Source of the DNA: the human T2T-CHM13v2.0 reference genome, Homo sapiens | Strand: one strand, 5' to 3' | Assembly: GCF_009914755.1 (NCBI RefSeq) | Contig: NC_060942.1 | DNA: 64,000 bases | Part shown: one piece after another, positions 42,315-60,557 of the stretch | Layout of the letters: each line of letters begins with the position of its first letter | Numbering within the stretch: the first letter of the stretch is position 1 | Notes under the pieces: generated by a model | The model's database searches: none | What the model was told of the DNA's origin: nothing | Seen by the model: only the letters and a program-made list of their open reading frames with translations | Position numbers and translations under genes: made by a program

Positions 42315-42789
42315 AACATCTAGCACAAATTAAGAGCTCAGTAAATGCTTACTACAGAAATAATGGAAGTGTGACTTACCAAATGTTTACTCTGTATTTT
42401 TCCTTGTCCCTGAATACTTCACTTTTATTCCAAAGATTTTTTTAAAAACCACATTCTGAAGAATTTGCACAGATTTGCATTGCTGTATCTGGAGAAATTA
42501 TACTAGCAACAAGGGTTATAAATCACAAAATACTGGTGGTAGGATCAGACATCAGCAGTTTTTAAAGACCTGCGGGTAATTCCAGAGGTCACAAATCCTT
42601 GCACTAGATGCAGTTAAAGTGGGGAAGTTGTTGAGGAAGTTTAAAAATTTTGGGTACCTCTATGTAAGGCAGAGCTACATGGGGATACCAGGTTGGAAGC
42701 TTTGAGTGGGCTCCAGGGGAGGAGTGAAGGATACCTAAAGAGGAGAAAGAAGTACTGAAAAGAAAGCTATGAGGTACTTTGTAAGCACC

Positions 42790-43000
42790 TCTGAGTATTT
42801 ACCATGTATCAGGCACAGTACTAAGTGCTTTGCATTCATTGCCACTTGTCTCCATAATAGCCTTTGTAAGGTATATAGTGTTACATTCTTTTCACAGATA
42901 AGGACACTGAGGTTCGGTTAAGTTCCTCACATCAAGCCAACAGAACAGCAAAAAATTCAAGCCTATATTGACTGGCTACAAAGTTTATGTTCTTTCTGAT
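42790..43000 (-). mobile_element. MIR
   Basis: CTGAGTATTTACCATGTATCAGGCACAGTACTAAGTGCTTTGCAT...TTTTCACAGATAAGGACACTGAGGTTC. Confidence 0.75.
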
Positions 43001-43296
43001 ACATCAGCAGTTCTCAACTCTAACTACAGAGCAAAAGCACCCAAGTCTGTACCCCACTTATGATCAGTTATATGAAAAGTTCTGAGTAAGAGGCACAGTC
43101 CTCCATATTTAACTTTAAGTCTCATCAGTATTTCTAAAATGTTTCCAGGGCTGAAAACCACTATCAGAAACACTGTAGATACTCTTCCATTTTGCCAACT
43201 CTCATACTGTGTGCTTACAGGTGTTCTCACCCAGGAAAAGAGACTTGACTCAGTTTATGAATGGCGCACCCTAAACTCAGATGAAATATTCTGAAC

Positions 43297-43435
43297 AGAC
43301 TGAGTGTGGTGGCTCACCCCTGTAATCCCATCACTTTGGGAGGCTGAAGCAGGAGGATGGCTTGAGAGTCCAGGAGTTTGAGACCAGCCCGAGCAACATA
43401 GAGAGACTCCATCTTGACAAACAAACAAAAAAAAA
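43297..43435 (+). mobile_element. FLAM-C / Alu monomer
   Basis: Single left-arm unit ending GAGACTCCATCTTG plus an A-rich tail; TSD-like GAAATATTCTGAACAG / GAAAATCTTGAATAG. Confidence 0.85.
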
Positions 43436-44199
43436 GAAAATCTTGAATAGTCATGCACTGGCCCTGTGATTTGAGGTGCTCTTAATTGGTGGCTGCTTTG
43501 ATGTTAGCAAGAGTTTTATCCTGTTTAATTTAAATTAATGAAATGGATTACATCATGCCTAGTCTCTAACTCTCTGCAAAGGGTCCTGCTCAGGGCCGTT
43601 CTGCCATTGTAAGCTTTCTAGCACAGCTGATGCTTTTTCAACATACCCCATTCCAAAAAGTAGGTACTACCTGGGCCACACACACATTCACCATAAAAAT
43701 TAAATTGAATAGGTATCAAGAAACAATTAAGTTTCATATCAGATTTTCTTCCATTAATTTTGGCAACACAGCGTTCATTTTTCTTTGTATTATAAAAACT
43801 TGTTGCTAATGTCCAGGGTCACCAACCTCATGTGAAATAAAATGCATTTGTGCAAGGCCCTGACATCATATCAAAATTCAGTCAGTTATCTTAATGCATA
43901 ATATATATGTAAAAAATCAAGAGAGACTGGGGAAGAAAAACACAAAAATGTGAGTAGAATGGTAAAAGTTGTCTACCCTGGCTGCACATTAGAATCTGGG
44001 ATAAACAGATTTAGATAAACAGATGCTCAGAACCCAGCCCTAGAGATTCTGATTCAGGCCCAGTCTGACTGGGCCAATCGTTGTTATCCCTAAGTGATTC
44101 AAATCTGCTGTTTTTCTTACCTTTCTCAGACTTTCCACTGTTGTAGAAAATGTGTATTAAATGAGAATACTCTGATTCATATATTTTCTGTCAACCATG

Positions 44200-44430
44200 A
44201 TAATGATGATAGTTACTCTAATTGAGCTTGCTATGTGCTAACCAATTTTCCTAAGTGTTTTACATATAGCAGCTCATTTAGTATTCACCACAGCTACTGG
44301 GTGAGGCCAATATTATTATCATCTTTTTGCAAATTAAAAAAATACATTTATAGAGATTAAGTAACTCACTGTAAGGCACAGCAGAGGCGGAATGTGAGTT
44401 CAGGGCTTCTAGCACCCCGTACTCTTAGAA
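44200..44430 (-). mobile_element. MIR
   Basis: ATTGAGCTTGCTATGTGC...CTAAGTGTTTTACATAT...CTCATTTAGTATTCAC...TATTATTATCATC...AGAGATTAAGTAACT. Confidence 0.7.
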
Positions 44431-44714
44431 ACTTAAGTGAGTTTATGAAATAAACCATATTATGTCTCCCCAGCCTTCCCATCAGGTTCCCGTTTCCTCT
44501 TGACTTTTGCAGAGTCTAATCTAGGTATAGGCTCACCAGTTCTACTATTAGGTGCCTAGGAGGTTCTCCCCCACTTCCATCTAACTCCCACACCTGCTGT
44601 ATTTACCTTGCAGTGGAACAGAACCAAGTCTTTGAGATTCAAGGAAATACAGCTAGGTGGTTCATCTGCTTTGGGAAAGTGGCCTCTTTATTCCTGAAAA
44701 CAGTAGAAAGAATG

Positions 44715-44925
44715 TAAAGCTTAAGAATCACACAGATATAAGATCAAATTTATGTACTTTCACTTATTAATCCTGAGCCCAGGGCAAGTCACTTAATCTC
44801 TCTGACATCCCATTTCTTAATCCATAAAATAGAAATAATGATTTCTAAATCACATGATTTAAAAGGATGAAGTAGAATAACATATAGAAGGTTCCTTTGC
44901 ACACAGTAGGTGCTCAGTAAACATG
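44715..44925 (+). mobile_element. MIR
   Basis: GGGCAAGTCACTTAATCTCTCTGA...TTTCTTAATCCATAAAATAGAAATAAT...CACACAGTAGGTGCTCAGTAAA. Confidence 0.75.
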
Positions 44926-45401
44926 GGTTCCTTCCCTTTTGCTCTGCTCCCATGTCACATATACAATTAACTTTGCACCTGGCAACTCCTGTTTAGCTTC
45001 TATATTTCTGCTTTCCTTTATTCCTTTATTCCTCTGTGTTTAAAAGTCTGTGCTAAGTAGCCAAAGTTTTGTATGAGAAAGGTCTGCTGGGCAAAGCAGA
45101 AAGCTACACACATAACACAACTTTAGGGCCCTAAATAAATATTAGGAACAAAAATGCCTCTCAAAACTTTATAGCCTCTCCTGCTTCCCTCCTCTCCTGC
45201 CACTGCTACCACCAATATATCCAAATGCCTAAAATCCCGTTTTAAGATCTCTCCTAAGGAACTTATGAAGAACATGCATTAGTCTCAATAGGCACCTGTT
45301 ACCTCATTTTGTTTACACATGGCTACATGTTGTCATACTCTATATGCTATAACCATTAATTGACATGAGACTGGGTAAAGGACTGGATAAAGGGTAGGCT
45401 C

Positions 45402-45760
45402 TTTTTTATTCTTCTAATTGAAAAATTAAAATTGTATACATTTATCATGTACAACATGATGCGTTGCAGTATGTATATATTGTGGAATGGCTCAATCGAG
45501 GTAATTAACCTATGCATTACCTCATGTAGGTATCATTTTTTGTGGTGAGAACACTTAAAATCTATTTTTGTGATTTTCAAAATATCATACATTGTTACTA
45601 ACTACAGCCACCATGTTGTACACTGGATCTTTTGAACTTATTCCTCCTGCCTAGCTAAAATTGCGTATCCTTTGACCAATCCCTACCCATCCAGCCCCTA
45701 ATAACTAACCACCATTCCAGTCTGTAGTCTCGAGTTCCACTCTTTTAGATTCTACATATA
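45402..45760 (-). mobile_element. L1MA 3' end (5'-truncated)
   Basis: AAAATTGTATACATTTATCATGTACAACATGATG...TGTGGTGAGAACACTTAAAATCTA...TTTTAGATTCTACATATAAG; TSD AAGGG[T/A]AGG[C/T]TCTT. Confidence 0.85.
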
Positions 45761-45792
45761 AGGGAAGGTTCTTCGCTCATTTGTGTGTGTGT

Positions 45793-46340
45793 GGCACTGA
45801 AATGTATTAGAATGTGCTTTCACACAAGCACTGGGGCTTGCCCATGGTGCTCTTCATGTTTAAAGTATGGACATTCTGCCAGTTCTTCTAGAGCAGCGAC
45901 ACCAGGAAGCTGACAGTGAAGTGGATGTTACATACAAGCTCATCATCTGCCATCTTTAGGGGGCCAATGGCCATGGCCAGACATAGCCCCCTTTTCATCT
46001 GGAGCTTGATTGTGGGCTCCCACCTCATCAACTTTGGCCAACATATTCCCGTTGTGTGTCAGCAGGGAAGGGAACTTGCCAGCCTTATTTAGGCCTGGGC
46101 CAAGGATCCATGGGATCTGCTTGATCTGAGACTCCAAGGCCAAATGGTACCATACCTCTTGGCCAGCCTCTTGTTCTTGTCGAGTTTCTCCAGTGCCTCC
46201 AGGTCCATACGGGGGACTCCACAACCTTGGCCTTGTCACAGTGCTGCTGGCCCCCAGGATACACACAGAGGAGTGGAAGTGGGTTGTGGACTTCAGCCCA
46301 ATGATGCCCCAGAAGTGTTTGTCCTTCTTAGAGTCACAGT
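45793..46340 (-). pseudogene. RPL10A: Processed pseudogene of ribosomal protein L10a (uL1)
   Basis: Intronless and frameshifted; translates to KKDKHF...LKST...SVCILG...[35 protein letters not shown]...KNWQNV...KSTMGKPQ, matching RPL10A; 3'UTR remnant AGCACATTCTAATACA. The symbol names the parent gene; the pseudogene number is unknown. Confidence 0.93.
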
Positions 46341-46461
46341 GAGCAATGGTCTGGGCCACACCCTGCAGGAGGCATCGCTGGGGCCGTCCAGGAACTTCAC
46401 ACACTCACATGTTTTTGGAAAGGTAGAGCTGCAGAACAGCTTGAAGCCAACAGAAATACCT

Positions 46462-46734
46462 GTTTTTATTGTTATTATTATTATTATTATTTTAACAGTC
46501 TCTGTCTTCCAGGCTGGAATGCAGTAATGATGTGATCATAGCTCAAGGCATCTTCTAACTCTTGGGCTCAAGTGATCCTCCCACCTCTACCTCCCAAGTA
46601 GCTGGGACTACAGGCACAAGCCACTATGCTCAGCTGATTTTTATTTTTATTACTATTTTTGTAGACATGGGTTCTTGCTGTTTTGCCCAGATCTTTCTAT
46701 TTCCTGGCCTCAATTGATCCTCCTGCCTAAGCCT
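46462..46734 (-). mobile_element. AluJo-like, 5'-truncated, (TTA)n tail
   Basis: GATCATAGCTCA and GGGCTCAAGTGATCCTCCCACC; TSD AGAAATACCT (46452-46461 and 46735-46744). Confidence 0.88.
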
Positions 46735-48276
46735 AGAAATACCTCTTCAAGTTTCAATTATCTCTAGTTACTTTATTGTTCATGAGAAATGCCTGTTTTT
46801 CTTAATGTATGGTAGTCTGGTTGAACAAGTCATAATATAATGCTTTTACTAAAATAGTACAACAACGTAGAAATAATTCTTTTCTATAGGTGTCCGGCTC
46901 CTCAGAGGCATAGCTGATATTGTATCTGCTGTGAAACATTTCTTCTCTCTTTCTAGAGTCTCTTTCCTGTAAGGTGAACTTCTTTTGAAGTTTCATTTTG
47001 ATAAAATTCCATCACTCGTTTCTTGTCAAGCTTTTGAACTTCATCTTCTATCTTTGCATTTTCTGATACACTCTTGCTTTGGAATATTTTAATATAATGC
47101 ATAAGCTTCTTTTAGTGAATTTACTGTATATTTGATTATTTTTTCAAGAGTTTGTAAGGAAGATTTTACTTGATGTTATACGTGATTCTTCAAAACTCTT
47201 CATCTAAGTTGTCTCTTATTTCTGACTCTCTTACTATATCCAACACCTAGTGACCACTGTCCATTTCATCTCTAAGGACAGCAAACAAATCTGTCATCTT
47301 CAACAAACATTCAGTCAAATGCTAGATCTGATGTTCCTTCTCATGTAGAATTTTTTCCAAACATGGTCTTGAAATTTCAACCTCCTTTTTTTCTATGTAA
47401 ATTAAGACCACTCAGTCTTCCTTTACCTTTGTATAAAAGTAATTTTCCATTTCCCTAAAGTTTGGATTTTTCATCGAAATTTTTCTTTAATACTATCTAT
47501 AGCTGTGTTTTACTTTTCTGACATAAATTTCAAGATTATTCTGGTTTAGCTACTTGGGATTGGATGGATTCTGATTTATCCTTCAAATGACTGTATTATA
47601 GCCTTTGTGTAACATCAACCATCATGCCATCTTCTTCTGGATAGTTAGATTTTTCTTCCCCATTTTCCCCTAGAAAGTCTATTTTAACCACAATAAAGAG
47701 TAGGACTAATCAGTTCTTAAATATCTGTCTCCAGACAGCATTTCAAACAACTTTATTTCAAGTCTGGCCTTCAACCAAGACATTTCCAGTGCTTAATGAC
47801 CTCTCTTAAAATGCCAGAGCCTGTCAGAAATTTTAAGTTTTTCTTCATCTGGAGCAGAAAACATGCCATGATGTTCTTTCTCCCTACATTTATAAAGCAA
47901 GCTTTAGTTCTGTGAAACCCAATGAGAGCTGTCCATAGAACCATCTTTTGGGGAAAATCCTAGAGTCCTGATCCTGGGCTCAAACCTGCAGGCATAATGC
48001 TCACAGAGCTGCATGGAGCCTTCAGGATAAGCCAGTGGTAAAGCTGTGTGACTATTGCATGTCCTGTGTCACACAAGTGACTGCCACAGAACTGCCTCTG
48101 ATTGAGAATGTCCTATTGGTCACTGTAGTCTTCCAGGAACCCAGAATATCCCACTCAGATCCCAAGTCAGCAATTGACAATCAAGACAAACTTGCAGGGA
48201 GGGAATCAAGGGTATGAACACATTTTTCCTCATCTTTGTTTCATCATGGAACACAAATAAATTGGTTTGTGATATA

Positions 48277-48597
48277 TTTTTGTTTTTGCTTTGTTTTGTT
48301 TGTTTATTTATTTATTTATTTTGAGATGGAATCTCACTCTGTCACCCAGGCTGGAGTGCAGTGGTGTGATCACTCCAACCTCCTCCTCCCTGGTTCAAGT
48401 GATTCTCCTGGCTTAGCCTTCCAATTAGCTGAGATTACAGGCACATGCCGCCATGCCCGGCTAATTTTTATATTTGTAGTAAAGATGGGGTTTCACTATG
48501 TTGCCCAGGCTGGTCTCGAATTCCCAACCTCAGGTGATCTGCCTGCCTCAGCCTCCCGAAGTGCTGGAATTGCAGGCATGAGCAACCATGCCCAGCC
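48277..48597 (-). mobile_element. AluSx-like
   Basis: Full antisense dimer with a (TTTG)/(TTTA) tail; TSD-like TAAATTGGT. Confidence 0.93.
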
Positions 48598-48944
48598 GTA
48601 AATTGGTGATATTTGTATGATAGTCGGGGAAAATGAATGAGGTTGTTTATGACTCACTCCACCTAGAGGCTGCAAGGGACAAACAGCCCATGTCTTGTCA
48701 TGCGTGTGAACATTCTAACTTTGCTGGCGGTCAGCAAACTGTGCTCTGAGTCTCCCACATTTTGTATCAGACTTCTAGGCTACAGCCTTAGAGATACAAC
48801 TTGCCTTGAAAGGTCCCAAAAACTTCTCTCCCAAAACACACCCCACCCCAGTTTATTGTGGGTCAGTAATAAATAGTATTTGTGTAAGAGTGTTGAAATA
48901 AAGGGCCTCAAAAGGGTTTCTGCTTGCCTTTAAACAATGATTAT

Positions 48945-53244
<4,300 letters not shown>

Positions 53245-53454
53245 CTATCCAAGAAAAGGTTAACCTCATTTTGAAAATTAATTTCTTTGGATTTCTTTGT
53301 GTCTTCAGCTCTCTGATGTGTTTTTTTAAAATATGATTTTGAGACTTTTTGTTGTTAAGGACAGATAAATTTGATAGAGAAGAGAAAGTGTGGAAAGGCA
53401 CACAGTTACTTTTAGAACACTGCACTGTAAATATGGGGGCAATATGGCAGTCAG

Positions 53455-54413
<959 letters not shown>

Positions 54414-55269
54414 ATGGCAACAGAATATTTTGGAGCTAGGTGAGCAGACCACATAGAGAGGGTAAATGTGGCAAGAAAGTAAAGGATGCCAAGAATAACC
54501 TGTGTTTCTCTCCTCAGGGCCAACTCTTACAGTTGGATAAATAATTGAATGTATATATCTCTCTAAGTGTAAAAGGTAGCTTCAATGTTGATGGGATACT
54601 CTTGAAGAAATAGGGTACAATATTTCTAGAAGACTGATTTCTCCAGACTCACATATTATAAGGAGCCAAAACTAGTATGTAAAATGATTCAAGAGAAACC
54701 TTACCTCAAATAACAAAATATACAAATGTGGTCCATATACGAATCATCATGACAACTTGAAAGGGAAATTAGTTCACTATTAGATTTTACATTGTCTTCT
54801 AACAAAAAGCAAATATAAAATGACTGCTAAGTAATTTTACTTGTCTTGACTAGGTTATGACTTAATTAATAGTTTAGGCAGAAGTTCAATTACAAAAGAA
54901 TTGTATTTTCACTTTTTAAGAGAGATAGTTTTGCCTAGGAAGGAATTATTTATAATTATATATGTTCAGATATTTAATTCCACAGATAAATGATGGAAGT
55001 CTTAATATAGGGAACAACATGTAATGTCAGAATAAAAGGATCTCCTTAGTCTAATTGAATGTTGTACTTCACTATGTCTGTCTGATAGAAATAATTACAT
55101 ACCTTGCTGGGATTTAGCTTTCATTTTAGCATTGGGTGTACTTGTGGAGAAAAATGAAATATCATGTTGCCCCCGTTGGCCCCCACCCCCAAACACACAA
55201 CTGCTGAATTTGGTGGGATCATTTTGGAGAGATGTTTGAGAATTTGTTCCCTTTATAAGGCAGTGCTAA

Positions 55270-57760
55270 AGAGTGAAGGCAGAGAATTACAATTAAAATG
55301 GTGGATGGGATACTTGCTTAAGTCTACCCTCTCCCTCCTAAAGGAACTGCTATAATGACAACTAAAAAAAGAATGAAAAAGAAACTCACTTTCTAAAGAA
55401 AACAGGAGAGAACACAACAGCAGAGAGCTATTGACTTTTTTTTTTTTTAATGGAAATGGAATGAATGAGTGGTATGTGTTTTTAGCTAAACAGAGATGTA
55501 GAAACCCAGGTGTCTGCAGAGGAGATGCCAAAAAGAAACAAATGGGAACTCCATTGAGAACCCTCAAAAGACTCAAAGACTGGAGGCAAAAAGGATTGCT
55601 GACGCTAAGGGACAGACTTGAGGCTGAAAACAGGACTGTTTGAAATTCTTAACAAGAACACCTGGACTCCCAAATTCCCTCCTCAACTTTTTGCAGCCTG
55701 ACAGCTACCCCTCTCTCACCCTGTAAGAGAGATGGCGGGGTATTATTCTCTGGAGTAACTTAACTATAGAGGCTACAAGCTTAGCATTATTGGGGACAGT
55801 GGCAGATGAGGATGAGATACGATATAGAAATCTGGGAGACTTAAGTAGAAATCTGCGTGCCGAATAGTAACAAACTCTACTTTCCCTTCAAGCCTTCTTA
55901 GGTGGCTCAGCTCCCAGGACACTGGCAACCAGGCTGTACTTCCCAGGCAGAACATTGGAGGGGGCACCTTCCTAGAGGGTCTGACTACCCAAGGGGGAAG
56001 AAATCTTGCTAATCTTGAGGGCATTTCGGTGAAACAACTCAGCTTTGTCTAATGGTTTTATGGTAATGTCCTGGAGCCCATAATACATTGCTTGAGCAGA
56101 CAGCTAAAGAATACCACATATGGAGGAAAGTCTCCAACAAAGAGACCAAAGCAAACTAACCAACAAGAAATGGAAGGAAACAAAGACTCTGGAGAGAACA
56201 GAAAGCTGTTACATGTAGCTTTAAAAAGCTGAAATGTGTATTATAGATAGTAAAAAAGAAATTGTGTTCATGAAACTAAACATGGTGCTATGAAAAAGGA
56301 GAAATTAGAGAAAATTTAATTCTTAAAAATTAAAAATGTTAGGCGAAATAATATAATCAACAGAACAAAGATGAGAGACTCTTCTAGAGGTAGATGACAA
56401 AAAGAAGATAAATAGAAAAGATAATAACGTTAGAGTTTGAGTCTCAAGGTTAGTTTCAGAATAAAAGAACAGAAGAAATAGAGGTCAGAAATTGCTAAAA
56501 GTACATAACAAAATTTCCTGGAACTGAATAAATGAGTAAAAGTCCCTGAATTTCAAATATAATCAACTGGGGGAACTCATGCATATCGCACCAAATGTGC
56601 TGTTATGAGACAATAGAACACCAGGGATAAAGAAGAAATCATAAGTGTTTTCAGAGAGAAGAAGGAGGGAGGGAAGAGGAGAAGGAAGAAATGAACAAGC
56701 AAGGAAAGGAACAAAGAAAGATAGAAAGTCAAATAAAATGAATCGGGAAACAAAATAACTTCTTAATAACACTGGAAGCTAAAAGACAGTAAAGAAATCC
56801 CTTGAAATTTCTGAGGAAAAGGTATTTCTAAACAATGAATTCTGTGTAAAGTAAAAGTAACAATTAATGTAATAAGAGAATAAAGAAATATTTTCAAACA
56901 TTTAAGTTCTCCAAAAATGAGTTTGTCCCAAACATCTTTCTCAGGAAGCTACTGCATGCTCGCCCACCCACCCATGAGGGAGTCCATCGAGAAAGAAAAA
57001 CAAAGAATTCAGGGAACGGGACCCAAACTACAGAGAGGCAAAGAGCAGTCCTAGGATGACAGCTCAGTAGCAAGATTGCCACAAAAAGCATGAGGGTACT
57101 AAAAAACAACAACAACAACACAACTAACATATTTGACTGTATTAAGAGGAATGTTGCATTTCTATTGGAGAGTTTGAGGAAATATAAGATGGGCAGATGA
57201 AAAATTAAGAAAACAAAAATATGATGCAACTAATATCAGGAAAAAGAAGAAAAAAATGTGTAAAAGAAATGTAATCATACATTCCCATGTGGCTTACATG
57301 TGGATAATATATACAAGTTAAAATAATGTAAACCCTAATTAGTAGTTTATCTAAGATTGTTGTGTAGTTAAATTGGGAAGATTAAGCTAAGGGAAGCATG
57401 TGTGTGCTCATGTGTGTGGTAGGGAGGTAGGTGACAGGGAGGCAGGAAAGAAGAAAGAGAGAGAGATAGGGAGAGAGGACACACATGCTGGAGGAAGTAT
57501 TATATATAATATCCTACATAGAATCCTTATCTCCCATAGTAGGAGGCCAAAAGGTAATATCAACATTTGAAAATCAAAAAGTAGGTATCTGAGTATCATG
57601 TGGGAATATGGAATCATCATCATAATGAACAGTTAGATGAAGATGGTTGCCTCTGGGCTTCAAAGGTATAGAGAGGTGGGTGGGACATTCTTTTAAGCTC
57701 TACAGTTTTGTGTAGTTTTTAAGAATATGTGCATGAATTTTTATTAATATGAAAAAGCTA
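55270..57760 (+). mobile_element. HAL1 (half-L1)-like element, near full length
   Basis: L1-like 5' end (AAAATGGTGGA), decayed ORF1-like A-rich region (~56100-56950: AAAATTTCCTGGAACTGAA, ACACTGGAAGCTAAAAGACAG), no ORF2, 3' end GATGGTTGCCTCTGGG...ATGTGCATG. Confidence 0.6.
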
Positions 57761-57814
57761 ATTGTTTGTAAAGAACATGAATGCCATGAATACTAGAGCT
57801 TTGTGGTTTTCAAG

Positions 57815-58014
57815 CAGTGCTTCCCAGGTTCATGGAGGGCTCCTGGAGTCCCCACAGGGACTGCCTCATGGAGGAGGGGGCTGAAGAAATGGGGCCACAG
57901 GCTTTACACCTGTTACTGCTAAAGGAGCTATGCTTTGTCATTGTTATGTTTCAGTGAACTATTTCCTTTGAAGAAAAGGTTCCATAGAAAACAACAGCAA
58001 GTTTGAAAAACACT
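57815..58014. mobile_element. hAT-Charlie MITE (MER-type)
   Basis: TIR-like ends CAGTGCTTCCCA ... TTTGAAAAACACTG. Confidence 0.5.
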
Positions 58015-58054
58015 GATAGTAGTTTGCTTATTTGGAGAAAAACTGTTCCCAAAT

Positions 58055-58373
58055 TGCTTTGGTTCAAATATGATTTGTCCCCACCAAAACTCATGTTGAG
58101 GCTTGGTTCCCAATGTGGTGGTGTTGGGACGTGGTGCCTCCAAGGGTAGATTATTAGGTCATTAAGAGGGAGTAATGCCTTTTTTATGGGAGTGAAGTCC
58201 TAGTTACTTTGAGGTTGTTACAAAGTAAAACTGCCTGTCTTGTCGGGTTTTTTTTGTTTTTGTTTTTTTTTGCATGGGCCAGGCTCCCCTCTCACCTTCC
58301 CACCCTGTTATGAAGCAGCATGAGTTCCTCACCAGATGCAGCCACCCGTCTTGGACTTCCCAGCCTCCATAAC
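58055..58373 (+). mobile_element. MST (MSTC/D-like) MaLR LTR, 3'-truncated
   Basis: TTTGTCCCCACCAAAACTCATGTTGA...CCCAATGTGGTGGTGTTGGGA...CCTCACCAGATGCAGCC...TCTTGGACTTCCCAGCCTCCA. Confidence 0.8.
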
Positions 58374-58815
58374 ACAAATGAATATGCTGACTCTAACTAT
58401 CAGACTCCATCCAGTTTGGCTATCACCTGTCATTTTCTGTTATTACACAAAACAGAATTGTCGTATTTCTAACCCTGGATAGATCTTTAAAAGAACTTGA
58501 ATTAGAACCAGTTTTCACATGGATTTCAAATATGGATTAGATATTTGATTATGAAAATTTGTATATTTTCATTTTGCTCCAAAACCAAATTTTACCCTCA
58601 CTTCTTAAGCAGTATCACATACAGTATATGCTGGCAGAGTTCAAATAAGTAATCCAATAGAGGTGGTCCTCTGTCCCTGGGATGAAGTTGGACATTCTGG
58701 TTTCACTGAGTGATGGACATATTTATGATTGTGCTCCAATTCGAGTTGACTTTGGTTCCACAAAGGAAAAATACCCCCACCCCAGGGTATAGAAAAAATA
58801 CAACAAAATCTTTAG

Positions 58816-59042
58816 TTTTTTTTTTTTGGAGACAAGGTCTTTCTCTGTCACCCAGGCCTGGAGTGCAGTGGTGTGATCACAGCTCACTGCAGTTTCAAAG
58901 TCCTGGGCTCAAGCAATCCTTCCATCTCAGCCCCCCTACTTGGGAGGGTCCGAGCTACTTGCTGGGACCACAGGTAAATGCCACCATGCCTGGCTAATTT
59001 TTTTTTTTTGTAGAGATGGGGTCTCACTATATTGCACTGGCT
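58816..59042 (-). mobile_element. AluJ, 5'-truncated, with an internal micro-rearrangement
   Basis: Right arm, linker and part of the left arm; TSD AAAATCTTTA. Confidence 0.88.
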
Positions 59043-59673
59043 AAAAATCTTTATTTCTTTTATACTGGAGATAACCCATATGTTTTGCAAGCATGTTATA
59101 TTGGTTGTTACTGGGGCTTTATAACCACTTAAAGACAAAACATCCCTAACTTGGTGAGTTTAATTTAGGAGAAAATCAAATGCTAAAACAGACACTCCTG
59201 AAAAAATATGTTTCCTTAGTCAGTCTCTCTCTTTCATTTTCTTTGTTCTCCTCTGCACTCCACATAGTGTGAAATGCTGTGCCTGTTCTTTGTGCTTCCA
59301 TTATTTCTCAATATAAAATAATTAAAATCTGCTTTGAAAAATAACTATGTTATCTAATACAAATTTATATAAAATATATTTGATATAAAGTATATATTTA
59401 CACATTTTATGTGTTCTGAACTTAAATGCATATCTCATTTGAAGTTGACAACAACTCTTTGAAGTATTATTATTCTCATTGTAGGGATGAAGAAATAGTG
59501 GCCCTTGGTGGTGGACCTCTCCCAGGTTGTGTAGCTAACAAGGGATAAAGACCAAATGAAATCTTTATTTTCAGAGTTTTGGTCTACTTGGGCCAAACAC
59601 TTTCTAATTATTAAAAAGGCTAATCTTTATCACAAGCATACATATAACTTTAAAACTTCCAGATCACATATAT

Positions 59674-59782
59674 AGGATGACCAACTCTGGTTTGTCTGAG
59701 ACTTTCCTAGTTTCAGCGCTGAAAATCCTGTATCCCAGGAAATCCCTCGGGCCTAGACAAAACAGAATGGCTGGCCACTTTA
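59674..59782. mobile_element. MER94-like hAT-Blackjack MITE
   Basis: AGGATGACCAACT...GACTTTCCTAGTTTCAGCGCTGAAAATCCTGTATCCCAGGAAATCCCTC...GGCTGGCCACTTTA with degenerate TIRs. Confidence 0.7.
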
Positions 59783-60535
59783 CATTCAGCAGTCAGTCCA
59801 AGAGACTGTAATAGATACCCATCATGGGAACTGAGAGAGACACAGGGAAGGAAATGCAAGTAGAAGAAAATGATCCAGAAAGTTTGTATAGACGAGTAAA
59901 ACTGATTTCTTACCCTATCAAAGTAAACCAGTTGTAACAACCACCACAACCCAACAATTGGCACCAACTTTTCAAAAATGTTTATGTAACCAAATATATC
60001 TATAGACTTAAGATTCATGACTATATCATGAAGTGTCCCAAAGACCCACAAACTTGGTACTACCATATCTTGAAAAGTAAAACCTCTCTTAAGTGTTTTA
60101 TGAGAAGAAATCACAAAACACTCAGACAGATATCCTAGGGCCAAATACCCTAAACCTCTTTTTGAGATCCTGATCTCCTCAACGTCTGCCTCATTGAAGT
60201 AGCTGCTCCCCAACCCAGCTTACAGTCTGCCCCCAACCCCCTACCTATAGTGTGCCAGATTCTGTTTCCCGCCTGCTCTTCTCTCGTTCTCACCATCTTA
60301 AGAGTGTTCTTTTTCTTGGATATTTCCCTCCTTGCCCTTTCTTAAAACCAACATAAGTCCCATTAATCTTCTTCTATGTCTCTTTAGACATTAAAGAGCA
60401 TCTTCATCCCCTTATGCTCCTCTCCCCTATAAGCTCCTGCAACAAAGATCCAGAGAACTAGAGATGCCTCTTCAAAGATGAGGAGGAGGGTGAGGAATGA
60501 GGAAATGCTGCAATTATTCCTACTTGAATATTATA

Positions 60536-60557
60536 GTGTGTGTGTGTGTGTGTGTGT
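60536..60557. repeat. (GT)11 microsatellite
   Basis: Read directly. Confidence 0.9.

Noticed and set aside
47240-48230. Possible ancient CR1/L3-type LINE remnant (also 16560-17200 and an LTR-like patch at 760-1060)
   Set aside because: Too diverged to assign by eye; needs a Dfam HMM search.
59713-60213. 166-aa minus-strand ORF, the longest outside L1
   Set aside because: Non-ATG start, no recognisable domain, and the 3' end runs into a MER94-like element. One such frame is plausible by chance across six frames of 64 kb.
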